Shown here: piece by piece, positions 30,604-40,419 of the stretch
How positions within the stretch are numbered: the stretch's first letter is position 1
Layout of the letters: the number at the start of each line of letters is the position of its first letter
Origin: an uncultured Algibacter sp.
GTDB lineage: Bacteria > Bacteroidota > Bacteroidia > Flavobacteriales > Flavobacteriaceae
Reading direction: 5' to 3'
Assembly (NCBI RefSeq): GCF_905480415.1
Contig: NZ_CAJQQI010000055.1
Location: forward strand, 1-55,529
DNA: 55,529 nucleotides
Position numbers and translations under genes: made by a program
Notes under the pieces: generated by a model
What the model was told of the DNA's origin: nothing
Databases searched by the model: none
What the model saw: the letters and a program-made list of their open reading frames with translations, nothing else

Positions 30604-31632
30604 ATGGGATTTTTTGATTTCTTAACAGAAGAAATTGCAATAGATTTAGGCACTGCAAATACGCTTATAATTCATAACGATAAAGTTGTTGTTGATGCGC
30701 CTTCTATAGTTGCTCGCGATAGGATTTCTGGCAAAATAATTGCCGTTGGTCAAGAAGCTAGTTTAATGCAAGGAAAAACTCATGAAAATATTAAAACCAT
30801 TCGTCCTCTAAAAGATGGTGTTATTGCAGATTTTGACGCTTCAGAGCAAATGATAAGTATGTTTATTAAAAATATACCTGCTTTAAAAAAGAGATTCTTT
30901 ACACCCGCATTACGTATGGTTATTTGTATTCCTTCTGGAATTACAGAAGTTGAAATGCGCGCCGTAAAAGAAAGTGCAGAACGTGTAAATGGTAAAGAAG
31001 TGTATTTAATACATGAACCTATGGCTGCGGCTATTGGTATTGGTGTTGATATTATGCAACCAAAAGGAAACATGGTAGTAGATATCGGTGGTGGTACTAC
31101 CGAAATTGCTGTTATTGCTTTGGGCGGAATTGTTTGCGACAAATCTGTTAAAATTGCTGGTGATGTATTTACTAACGATATTGTATATTATATGCGGACC
31201 CAACACAATCTTTATGTGGGAGAACGTACTGCTGAAAAAATAAAAATACAAATAGGTGCTGCTACTGAAGATTTAGAATTACCTCCTGAAGACATGAGTG
31301 TCCAAGGTCGTGATTTACTAACAGGAAAGCCTAAACAAGTTCAAATTTCATATAGAGAAATTGCAAAAGCTTTAGATAAATCCATCCTTCGTATTGAAGA
31401 TGCGGTTATGGAAACCTTATCTCAAACTCCTCCAGAATTAGCTGCGGATATATACAACACAGGTATTTATTTAGCTGGTGGTGGTTCTATGTTACGTGGT
31501 TTAGACAAACGTTTATCTCAAAAAACAGATTTACCCGTTTATATTGCTGAAGACCCATTACGGGCGGTAGTTCGAGGTACCGGTATTACACTTAAAAATT
31601 TACCTAAGTACAAAAGTGTATTGATAAAATAG
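30604..31632 (+). CDS. mreB: Rod shape-determining protein MreB
   Basis: IDLGTANT, RPLKDGVIADF, DIGGGTTE. Confidence 0.98.
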   Translation: MGFFDFLTEEIAIDLGTANTLIIHNDKVVVDAPSIVARDRISGKIIAVGQEASLMQGKTHENIKTIRPLKDGVIADFDASEQMISMFIKNIPALKKRFFTPALRMVICIPSGITEVEMRAVKESAERVNGKEVYLIHEPMAAAIGIGVDIMQPKGNMVVDIGGGTTEIAVIALGGIVCDKSVKIAGDVFTNDIVYYMRTQHNLYVGERTAEKIKIQIGAATEDLELPPEDMSVQGRDLLTGKPKQVQISYREIAKALDKSILRIEDAVMETLSQTPPELAADIYNTGIYLAGGGSMLRGLDKRLSQKTDLPVYIAEDPLRAVVRGTGITLKNLPKYKSVLIK

Positions 31633-31647
31633 AGACCCCTATAAATC

Positions 31648-32463
31648 ATGCAACAGATTATTAATTTTATAATAAGAAACAAAAACTTTTTGTTGTTCTT
31701 GTTGCTATTTGGTTTTTCTCTTTTATTTACTATTCAATCACATTCTTACCATAAAAGTAAGTTTATAAATTCCGCTAATTTTTTAACTGGTGGTGTTTAT
31801 AATTCTTTAAATAACGTTAGTAATTATTTCAACTTAAAGTCTCAAAATCGGCTGCTTTCAGACGAAAACAAGCGATTACGCTCACTTTTACTAAATAATC
31901 AAATTAAAACAGACTCCGCTTATGTTGATAGTCTCATGTTTGACAAGTCATATCAATTTTACACTGCTAGTATTATAAAAAACAGCTATTCATTAAGTAA
32001 CAATATTTTAACGCTTAATAAAGGTAAGAACGACAGCATTAAACAAGATTTTGGTGTTATTTCATCAAAAGGTATTATTGGCATCGTTGATAAAACAAGT
32101 AGTAATTATTCCACAGTCATATCCATCTTAAATGCAACAATTAGTATAAGTGCAAAATTAAAAAAAACAAATCATTTAGGATCATTAATTTGGGATGGAG
32201 ATTCTTCAGAATTCATACAACTTACAGACATCCCTAAAATTGCTCCTGTTAAAATTGGAGATACTATAATTACATCAGGACAGTCCTCTATTTTTCCAAA
32301 AGGTATACCAATTGGTGTTATTGATGAATTTCAGCTCGACCAAGCTGAAAATTATTATGAAATTAATGTAAAGCTGTTTAATGATATGACAAGTGTTGAA
32401 CATGTTTACATTATTGAAAATGTAAATAAAGAAGAAATTAAAAATTTACTGAGCAATAAATAA
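31648..32463 (+). CDS. mreC: Rod shape-determining protein MreC
   Basis: N-terminal TM, coiled coil, GDTIITSG.SSIFPKGIPIG. Confidence 0.93.
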   Translation: MQQIINFIIRNKNFLLFLLLFGFSLLFTIQSHSYHKSKFINSANFLTGGVYNSLNNVSNYFNLKSQNRLLSDENKRLRSLLLNNQIKTDSAYVDSLMFDKSYQFYTASIIKNSYSLSNNILTLNKGKNDSIKQDFGVISSKGIIGIVDKTSSNYSTVISILNATISISAKLKKTNHLGSLIWDGDSSEFIQLTDIPKIAPVKIGDTIITSGQSSIFPKGIPIGVIDEFQLDQAENYYEINVKLFNDMTSVEHVYIIENVNKEEIKNLLSNK

Positions 32464-32970
32464 ATGAATAGTATATTTTCAATACATACCATCCGATTTA
32501 TTGCTTTGATCTTGATACAGGTTTTAATCTTGAATCATATTAACTTTTTAGGCTATATAAACCCATATATATACATTCTTTTCATTGCTTTATTTCCTGT
32601 AAAAAATAATCGCGTAGTGCTTATTATGCTAAGTTTTATTTTAGGCATAACTATAGATATGTTTTTAGACACAGGAGGTATTCATGCGGGCGCTTCAGTA
32701 TTTATAGCTTACATAAGACCTGTGATTTTAAAATCTTCTTTCGGAACGATTTATGAGCATCAATCGGTAAAATTTAACACCGTAGATTTTGGCTCAAAAC
32801 TCACTTATTTCGCACTTCTTACAATATTACACCACTTCGTTTTATTTTCTTTAGAAATATTTAGCATTTCTAAAATAATTTTAATCTTCCAAAAAACGTT
32901 ATTCTCAAGTATATTCACTATTATAATAAGTGTTGTGGTAACAATAATTTTTACTCGAAAATCGAAATGA
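32464..32970 (+). CDS. mreD: Rod shape-determining protein MreD
   Basis: Hydrophobic 168-aa protein between mreC and PBP2. Confidence 0.88.
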   Translation: MNSIFSIHTIRFIALILIQVLILNHINFLGYINPYIYILFIALFPVKNNRVVLIMLSFILGITIDMFLDTGGIHAGASVFIAYIRPVILKSSFGTIYEHQSVKFNTVDFGSKLTYFALLTILHHFVLFSLEIFSISKIILIFQKTLFSSIFTIIISVVVTIIFTRKSK

Positions 32971-34904
32971 GACAATTTTTACTTTTCATTTTTATAATTG
33001 CTGTAGGCATTTTGTTTCTTTCGAGACTCTTCTACTTGCAGATTTACGATTCGAATAACTATAGTTTGTTTGAAGATAATGCTATTAGAAAAGTATATGA
33101 CTATCCCAAACGTGGTTTTGTTTACGACAGAAATGGTAATTTGCTTGTAGCTAATCAACCATCTTATGATGTGATGGTAATTCCGCGTGAAGTTGAACCT
33201 TTAGACACTCTAGAGTTTTGTTCTTTATTAAAAATTGACAAAGAACAATTCATAAAAAAATACCACAAGGCCAAACGATATTCTCCAAGACTACCCTCAG
33301 TATTTGTGTCGCACCTATCGAAAGAAGATTATGCTGTGTTACAAGAGAAAATGCGGAAATTTGATGGGTTCTATATTCAAAAACGTTCTTTAAGAGATTA
33401 CGAAACCACCATTGGGGCTAACGTATTAGGCGATATTGGCGAAGTTAATAATAGTGATATAAATAGAGACCCATACTATAAAATGGGCGATTTAAAAGGC
33501 AAACAAGGGGTTGAAGCCTCTTATGAAAACACACTTAGAGGCGTTAAAGGTATTAAGTTTATTCAAAAAGACAGATTTAACAGAAATATTGGTCCCTATA
33601 AAGATGGTAAGTATGATACAATTCCTGAACAAGGAAAAGATATTACAATAACTATTGATGCAGAACTTCAAGCTTATGGCGAATTACTCATGCAGAATAA
33701 ACGCGGTGGTGTTATCGCTATTGAACCTGCTACAGGAGAAATTTTAGCCATGGTTGCAGCCCCAACATACGATCCTAATATTTTGGTAGGACGAGATCGT
33801 TCAAAAAATTTCACAAAACTTTACAACGATTCTATAGCAAAACCACTATTTAACAGAAGTTTGCAAGGTGTGTATGAACCTGGGTCACCTTTCAAGTTAA
33901 TGAATGCCTTAATTGCACTTCAAGAAGGGGTTTTAACACCTGATGAAACCGTGACTTGCTATGCAGGTTACAAATATGGAAATCGGTTTATGAAATGCCA
34001 TTGTAACAGAGGTACTCGAAACAACATGATTACAGGTATTCAACGTTCTTGCAATGCTTATTTTGCTACTACTTACAGGAAAATTCTAGACAAGAATGGT
34101 AGTTCCTCCGACGGTATTGACATCTGGAGTAAACATGCACAAAGTTTCGGTTTAGGTAATTTTCTAAATAACGACCTATTTGTTGGTCAAAAAGGTAGAA
34201 TTCCTGATAGAGCTTATTACAAACGTATCTATCCAAAAACATTTTATTCAACTTACACCATATCAAATGCGATAGGTCAAGGTGAGGTTGCAACCACCCC
34301 AATACAATTGGCAAATATGATTGCAGCTATTGCAAATCGCGGCCATTACTTCACACCTCATATAATAAAAAACATTGAAGGTCAATCCTTGCCAAAACAG
34401 TTTACTAAAGCTAAATATACTACCATTGACAAACCGCATTTTGAACCTGTTATAGAAGGTATGTTACAAGTATACAGAAAAGGAACCGCAGCTTCTTTAC
34501 AAGTTAAAGATATCGATATTTGTGGAAAAACAGGGACCGTTGAGAATTTTGCTATTATAGACAGTCTTAGAACTCAATTAACAGACCACTCCATTTTTGT
34601 GGCATTTGCGCCTAAAGATGACCCGAAAATTGCTATTGCTGTATTTGTTGAAAACGGGTATTGGGGAAGTAGATTTGCAGGTAAAGTAGCTAGTTTATTA
34701 ATTGAAAGACACATAAAAGGGTACATAACGAGAAAAGATCTAGAAGAGTGGCTTTTAAAACATAGTCTTGAAAATGAATACGCAAAACCTCAATCTGGAA
34801 AGCCGTTTAAAATTAATGGATATACGTCTTTTCAAATTGTTGAAGAGCAGGAATATTATCGATTAAAAAAAGAATTAAACAGAATTAATAAAGCTAAAAA
34901 TTGA
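32967..34904 (+). CDS. mrdA: Penicillin-binding protein 2
   Basis: SxxK (GSPFK), SCN and KTG motifs; RGFVYDRNG. Confidence 0.95.
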   Translation: MRQFLLFIFIIAVGILFLSRLFYLQIYDSNNYSLFEDNAIRKVYDYPKRGFVYDRNGNLLVANQPSYDVMVIPREVEPLDTLEFCSLLKIDKEQFIKKYHKAKRYSPRLPSVFVSHLSKEDYAVLQEKMRKFDGFYIQKRSLRDYETTIGANVLGDIGEVNNSDINRDPYYKMGDLKGKQGVEASYENTLRGVKGIKFIQKDRFNRNIGPYKDGKYDTIPEQGKDITITIDAELQAYGELLMQNKRGGVIAIEPATGEILAMVAAPTYDPNILVGRDRSKNFTKLYNDSIAKPLFNRSLQGVYEPGSPFKLMNALIALQEGVLTPDETVTCYAGYKYGNRFMKCHCNRGTRNNMITGIQRSCNAYFATTYRKILDKNGSSSDGIDIWSKHAQSFGLGNFLNNDLFVGQKGRIPDRAYYKRIYPKTFYSTYTISNAIGQGEVATTPIQLANMIAAIANRGHYFTPHIIKNIEGQSLPKQFTKAKYTTIDKPHFEPVIEGMLQVYRKGTAASLQVKDIDICGKTGTVENFAIIDSLRTQLTDHSIFVAFAPKDDPKIAIAVFVENGYWGSRFAGKVASLLIERHIKGYITRKDLEEWLLKHSLENEYAKPQSGKPFKINGYTSFQIVEEQEYYRLKKELNRINKAKN

Positions 34905-36181
34905 TGGTTAGGAATACTAACAGACATTTTAAATTCGATTGGATTACCGTTATCCTTTTCTTCTTGTTAGTTGGTTTTGGTTGGTTGAATATTTTGTCGG
35001 CATCGCATACAGGAAACACCATAAATTATTTTGATTTATCGCAACCTTTCGGAAAACAACTCATATTTATTTTCTTAACCTTCGGCTTAATTATCCTTTT
35101 ACTAGCTATCGATGCTAAATTTTATGAACGGTTTTCCAGTGTCATTTATATAATATCTATGTTGTCTTTGGTTGGTCTTTTCCTTTTCGGAAAAACCGTA
35201 AACGGTGCGACTTCGTGGTATGCAATTGGCGGGATGACTTTACAGCCTAGCGAATTTGCAAAAACCGCTACAGCACTGGCAGTAGCTAAATACATAAGTG
35301 ATTTAAACACAAATATTAATTCGTTTAAAGATCAAATACGAACCTTTGTTATTATTATCATTCCAGCCATTTTGGTTCTACTTCAAAATGATACGGGTAG
35401 CACTATTGTTTATGCCGCTTTCTTTTTCGTCTTATATCGCGAAGGCTTGCCAAAATATTATTTAACTATTGGTGTTTATATTATTTTATTATCCATTATC
35501 TCATTAAAATTCGGACCAACAAAAACGTCTATTCTTGCCTTATTGTTTCTAATTGGTTTTCATTTTTTAAGCAAAAAAAAGTTAAAGATATTTCAATCCA
35601 TCTTAATTCTTTTAGTTGCTATTGCTGTTTCGTTTGGAGTAAAATTCTTTTATCAAAGTATTTTGCAACCCCATCAGCAAGATAGAATAAGTCTATGGTT
35701 ACGTTTAGAAAAAGACCCTCAAAAACTTGAGCAAATGAAACGTACTTTTGCTTATAATTTAAATGAATCCGAAAAAGCCATTAGCTCTGGCGGCTTTGCT
35801 GGTAAAGGATTCATGGAAGGTACTAGAACAACAGGGAAATTTGTACCAGAACAACACACTGATTACATTTTTAGTACCGTTGGCGAAGAATGGGGCTTTC
35901 TGGGTAGCGCCTCTGTTGTGGTTCTTTTCGTGTTACTTTTAATACGTATCCTGCATTTGGCTGAACTACAAAAATCGCAATTTAGTAGGGTTTACGGTTA
36001 TGGTGTCGCTTCAATTATTTTCATTCACTTTTTTATTAATATTGGTATGGTTATGGGGTTAATTCCCACTATTGGTATACCCCTGCCAATGTTTAGCTAT
36101 GGAGGTTCTGGTCTTTGGGCTTTTACAATTCTAATTTTTATTTTTGTCAAATTAGATTCTAACCGCATCAACGAATGGTAG
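34904..36181 (+). CDS. rodA: SEDS peptidoglycan polymerase RodA
   Basis: QPSEFAK, PEQHTDYIF, GIPLPMFSYGGS. Confidence 0.95.
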   Translation: MVRNTNRHFKFDWITVILFFLLVGFGWLNILSASHTGNTINYFDLSQPFGKQLIFIFLTFGLIILLLAIDAKFYERFSSVIYIISMLSLVGLFLFGKTVNGATSWYAIGGMTLQPSEFAKTATALAVAKYISDLNTNINSFKDQIRTFVIIIIPAILVLLQNDTGSTIVYAAFFFVLYREGLPKYYLTIGVYIILLSIISLKFGPTKTSILALLFLIGFHFLSKKKLKIFQSILILLVAIAVSFGVKFFYQSILQPHQQDRISLWLRLEKDPQKLEQMKRTFAYNLNESEKAISSGGFAGKGFMEGTRTTGKFVPEQHTDYIFSTVGEEWGFLGSASVVVLFVLLLIRILHLAELQKSQFSRVYGYGVASIIFIHFFINIGMVMGLIPTIGIPLPMFSYGGSGLWAFTILIFIFVKLDSNRINEW

Positions 36182-36217
36182 ATCGGCTCATAATGGGCAT
36201 TTAATTATTTTACTGTG

Positions 36218-36844
36218 ATGAAATATTATTTCTTATTAATTTTTATTCTGATGTTAATTGTTGGGTGTTCGAGCACTAAAAACGCTGTAAGAAAGTCTTT
36301 TTCTGAGAAAGAAGCTAAACTCATAATGAATGCAGATAGCTCAAACCCTATGCGGGTCTATAAGATTAACAGCAAAAAAGATTCTTTACTGCTTAGAACA
36401 AAAAGCAGCTACATAAAACCAAATCCAAAAGACCCTATTTTACGAAATTTTGTAAAACGTCTTTATGCCACAGTAAGAGATAGTATGTCCATGGGTGTTG
36501 GCATTGCTGCACCACAAGTTGGCATTTTAAAAAATATAATTTGGGTGCAACGCTTTGATAAAGTAAACTTTCCTTTTGAAGTGTACTTAAACCCAAAAAT
36601 CGTTTCTTATTCTGAAGAAAAACAAACGCTAAACGAAGGCTGCTTATCTATTCCAGACAGAACAGAAACACTTAATAGTCGATCCTATGCTATCACTATT
36701 GAATATGACACTATGAATGCCGAACATAAATCTGAGATCGTAAATAGTTTTACATCTGTTGTTTTTCAGCACGAAATAGACCACCTAAATGGCATTTTAT
36801 ATCTGGATCATTTGCAGAAAGACATGCTAGATATTGAACAATAA
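36218..36844 (+). CDS. def: Peptide deformylase with an N-terminal lipoprotein signal
   Basis: GVGIAAPQVG, EGCLS and QHEIDHLNG all intact; MKYYFLLIFILMLIVGC leader. Confidence 0.88.
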   Translation: MKYYFLLIFILMLIVGCSSTKNAVRKSFSEKEAKLIMNADSSNPMRVYKINSKKDSLLLRTKSSYIKPNPKDPILRNFVKRLYATVRDSMSMGVGIAAPQVGILKNIIWVQRFDKVNFPFEVYLNPKIVSYSEEKQTLNEGCLSIPDRTETLNSRSYAITIEYDTMNAEHKSEIVNSFTSVVFQHEIDHLNGILYLDHLQKDMLDIEQ

Positions 36845-36975
36845 CTCCAAAAGATAAACCAATTCAAAATATTTTGTCACCCCTTAATTTAACCTTGTTA
36901 TTTAATATATTTGTTAGTATAATTCTATTAGTTACAACCCATTTTAGTAAAGCATGTTAACTTAAATAAATAGAA

Positions 36976-37323
36976 ATGGATATCAATGACAATCACATCA
37001 ATTACGTTGAATTCAAAGCTAAAGACCTGCAAAAAATAAAAGAATTTTATACTATATCTTTTGATTGGACTTTTACTGATTACGGGCCAACATATTTAGC
37101 TTTTTCAGAAAGTGGGATTCAAGGAGGATTTGAAAAAACTGAAAGTGAAATTATAAATGGTGCATTGATTATTTTATATCATAAAAACCTTGAATTGATA
37201 AAAAGTAAAATTATTAAATCAGGTGGGGAAATCTCAGAAGATATTTTTTCTTTTCCTGGTGGTCGAAGGTTTTATTTTATTTATCCATCAGGAAACGAAC
37301 TTGCAGTATGGTCTGACAACTAG
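36976..37323 (+). CDS. VOC/glyoxalase-bleomycin resistance family protein
   Basis: INYVEF, FPGGRRF...PSGNELAVWS. Confidence 0.85.
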   Translation: MDINDNHINYVEFKAKDLQKIKEFYTISFDWTFTDYGPTYLAFSESGIQGGFEKTESEIINGALIILYHKNLELIKSKIIKSGGEISEDIFSFPGGRRFYFIYPSGNELAVWSDN

Positions 37324-37509
37324 ATGGTTTGCTTGAGATGCTCATTTAAACTCAGTGAATGCTGAAATATGTTACGCTAAAGAAAAACGAATAACGGTAT
37401 ACTGCAAGTTGCAGAACTTTATAGTGCGTCTTTAAATTAATTTCAAACAATAAGTTAAAACCAGAATTTAGGATTATTGCAAATGGAATCAGTGTTCGAT
37501 CTTCAATAA

Positions 37510-37845
37510 TTACTTTTTCAACTCAAGTTTTTCAGCAAAATAATCGCAAAAATCTTTCATGGTAGCACTCATTTTATCGTCTTGAGTGGCTTTATAGAAG
37601 GTATCACTCATAGCCACTAAAGTTTGATGAAAAAACACTTTCATTTCATCAACTGGCATCTCTTTTGTCCATAAGTCAATACGCAAAGTCTCTTGGGTTT
37701 TAGCATCCCACACGGCAAGCATCATGGCTTTGGCCTCCTCATTAGTTATACCACCATCTTGAGCCGTCCAATGTATTTTTTCTGGTACTCGGTTTTCATC
37801 CAATTCAACATTAAGCTCTATTTTAGAAGTAATCGTATTTGCCAT
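37510..37845 (-). CDS. gldC: Gliding motility-associated protein GldC
   Basis: LDENRVPEKIHW, LRIDLWTKEMPVDEM. Confidence 0.93.
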   Translation of the reverse strand: MANTITSKIELNVELDENRVPEKIHWTAQDGGITNEEAKAMMLAVWDAKTQETLRIDLWTKEMPVDEMKVFFHQTLVAMSDTFYKATQDDKMSATMKDFCDYFAEKLELKK

Positions 37846-38807
37846 TATTTACGTGGTTTAAACTTTGAATTATTAAAAATATCTTCGGTACTTTTTATAA
37901 GCATATCTTTTAAAGATGCTTCATTCTGCTCCATATAGGCCCTAACAATATGCCAACCTATATATTGCCCTAAACGCCCAGGAGAATCGGCATCGACACC
38001 CTCTAAATAAAACTTAGAAAATGGTGCAGGGTTTATAAATCTGCGAGGTAATTTAGAATCTGTACTAAACAACAATTCGCGGCTTACTAGAAAACGCCAT
38101 ATATAGCTTTCGTTTGTAATGGCCCAATTCAGTTCAGCTTCACTATAACCAATGCGTTCAGCTTCCGTTTTAAAAGGCACCATAACATCTTTAAAGTATA
38201 ATAGCTTCCCGAAGTAAATCATTTCATCTAGCAAGGTTTTACGTTCTGGATGATAGGTATGTTTTTTTGCATATTCGTTAGCGAGGTCGACTACAATTTG
38301 CTCTTTGTTTAAATTCACTTTTAAAAAGTTAGCAATACTGCCGTAAAACTCGTGGTTGCTTCCTAAATAAGAATCTAATGCAATTACCACAATAGTATCT
38401 GTAACGATTATTCTATTTCTATGATCTACATCATTTGTGGTCGTAATTATTCTTGGCGAGTTAAACTCTGAAAAATAATATTTTAAATGGTTGAATAAGG
38501 ATTCTATTTCAGTCTCAGTGTCTTCAATATCTAAAAACACTTTATCAACTTCATTAAATAGTTGAATTTGCAAGGTGTCTTTTGCCTTAGCTAACCAAAA
38601 TGAATCTGGATATTTTTCAGAAAACATAAAAGGATAAGCCCTTTTTATATCCACCAGTTTGTTTGAAGTGACTTTAGAAAATAACTTATCAAAACGTTCT
38701 ATTTGAACATCTGTATTAATTTTAGCTATTTCATGCTCCAAAGTCTTATCTTTTTTACAAGAAGTAGCAATCATTACAACTAATAAAAACAAAAATATGG
38801 ATTTCAT
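37845..38807 (-). CDS. gldB: Gliding motility lipoprotein GldB
   Basis: Lipobox ATSC (start 38807); RFINPAPFSKFY, SPGRLGQYIGW; upstream of gldC. Confidence 0.92.
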   Translation of the reverse strand: MKSIFLFLLVVMIATSCKKDKTLEHEIAKINTDVQIERFDKLFSKVTSNKLVDIKRAYPFMFSEKYPDSFWLAKAKDTLQIQLFNEVDKVFLDIEDTETEIESLFNHLKYYFSEFNSPRIITTTNDVDHRNRIIVTDTIVVIALDSYLGSNHEFYGSIANFLKVNLNKEQIVVDLANEYAKKHTYHPERKTLLDEMIYFGKLLYFKDVMVPFKTEAERIGYSEAELNWAITNESYIWRFLVSRELLFSTDSKLPRRFINPAPFSKFYLEGVDADSPGRLGQYIGWHIVRAYMEQNEASLKDMLIKSTEDIFNNSKFKPRK

Positions 38808-38852
38808 AGAAAACTTAAATGGCATAAATTTTTATAAATTGAGCGTAAGGGT

Positions 38853-38872
38853 TATTTTTGTTTACAAAGGTA
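38853..38872. promoter_or_regulatory. Face-to-face -7 boxes for nadE (TATTTTTG, +) and gldB (TACCTTTG, -)
   Basis: Exact TAnnTTTG at 38853-38860 (+) and 38865-38872 (-). Confidence 0.6.
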
Positions 38873-38899
38873 CTATTCTTAGATTTAAATTCATTTAAA

Positions 38900-39688
38900 A
38901 TGCAAACAGAAAAAGTTGTAAATCATATTGTAAATTGGCTTAAAGATTATGCCACAAATGCTAGCGTAAATGGTTTTGTTGTTGGGGTTTCTGGAGGCAT
39001 CGACTCTGCGGTAACTTCTACACTATGCGCCAAAACAGGACTCAACGTTTTATGTGTAGAAATGCCTATTCATCAAGCTGAAAGTCATGTTACGAGAGCC
39101 CAAGAGCACATTTCTCAACTTAAAAATCATTTTGAAAATGTTGATGATACACGTACCGACTTAACACCTGTTTTTGAGGAGTTTAAAACTGAAATTTTTA
39201 TGGATGGTGACCAAGCTACAGTTGATATGGCTTTAGCTAATACTCGTGCTAGATTAAGAATGACCACACTTTACTACTATGCTGGCCTTTATGGCTTATT
39301 GGTTGCTGGGACAGGAAATAAAGTAGAAGATTTTGGCGTTGGTTTTTATACCAAATATGGTGATGGTGGCGTGGATTTGAGCCCTATTGCAGACTTACTG
39401 AAATCGGAAGTTTATGAAGTAGGTGAATTTTTAAAAGTACCTAAATCCATAATGAAAGCTGCACCAAGTGATGGTTTATTTGGAGATACAAGAAGTGATG
39501 AAGATCAAATAGGAGCCTCTTATCCAGAACTTGAATGGGCCATGAAAATGGATGATGAAGGAAAAACTGCAGATGCCTTTTCAGGAAGAAAACAAGAGGT
39601 ATTCAAAATATATAAACGATATAACAATTCTAACAAACATAAAATGATTTCTATTCCAATTTGTGAAATCCCTACTAATTTGTCATAA
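38900..39688 (+). CDS. nadE: NH3-dependent NAD+ synthetase
   Basis: GVSGGIDSAV, NTRARLRM, GFYTKYGDG. Confidence 0.96.
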   Translation: MQTEKVVNHIVNWLKDYATNASVNGFVVGVSGGIDSAVTSTLCAKTGLNVLCVEMPIHQAESHVTRAQEHISQLKNHFENVDDTRTDLTPVFEEFKTEIFMDGDQATVDMALANTRARLRMTTLYYYAGLYGLLVAGTGNKVEDFGVGFYTKYGDGGVDLSPIADLLKSEVYEVGEFLKVPKSIMKAAPSDGLFGDTRSDEDQIGASYPELEWAMKMDDEGKTADAFSGRKQEVFKIYKRYNNSNKHKMISIPICEIPTNLS

Positions 39689-39789
39689 TTATTGCAGAAT
39701 CTGTAAAAAAGTCATACTTTTGTAACAAGCTTATTCTCTCAACATAACTATCTCTCAATTAATTAGTTATTAAAAAAAGCTACTCAATT

Positions 39790-40419
39790 ATGATAAAATT
39801 ATTAATAGCAGACAACCACCCAATTACCAGAAAAGGACTCGAAGTTCTTTTCTCAGCATCGTCCGACATAAAAGTTGTTGGAAGTGTAAATGATGGCGAA
39901 GCCATCTTGGATTTTGTAAAGAAAAATCCTGTAGACATTATTTTAACTGAAGCAGATTTCCCAAAATTAAATGGGTTAACTGTTTTGCGTTATTTGAAAA
40001 ATGATTTTCCAGACATTAAAACCATTATTCTTAGTGCACAACCAGAAGAAGTTTATGCCATTAACGCCATCAAAGCTGGCGCTGCTGGTTACATAAACAA
40101 ATCTGTTAATGTAATTACTATTAATGAAGCCATTTTAAAAGTACATGAAGGCGGTATTCATTTAAGCAATGACTTAACGCAACAGCTTGCCTTTGGTACT
40201 AGAGTAAACAAAGGTGGTACTTTTTACAAGAGACTATCTACTAGAGAAGCAGAAGTATTAAAACTTCTTACTATTGGCAGGAAAAATAAAGAAATTTCTA
40301 AGGAATTAGATATTAACGAAAAAACAGTTAGTACGTACAAAGCTAGACTAATGCGAAAGCTTAAGGTTACTAATTTAGTTGATTTAGTTAATCAAGCAAA
40401 ACTAAGCCAACAGTTATAA
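39790..40419 (+). CDS. NarL/LuxR-family response regulator (atypical receiver)
   Basis: Receiver domain plus LSTREAEVL...KTVSTYKARLMRKL HTH. Confidence 0.9.
   Translation: MIKLLIADNHPITRKGLEVLFSASSDIKVVGSVNDGEAILDFVKKNPVDIILTEADFPKLNGLTVLRYLKNDFPDIKTIILSAQPEEVYAINAIKAGAAGYINKSVNVITINEAILKVHEGGIHLSNDLTQQLAFGTRVNKGGTFYKRLSTREAEVLKLLTIGRKNKEISKELDINEKTVSTYKARLMRKLKVTNLVDLVNQAKLSQQL

Noticed and set aside
36845-37509. VOC gene as another cassette
   Set aside because: Long flanks suggest an insertion, but I found no convincing paired core sites
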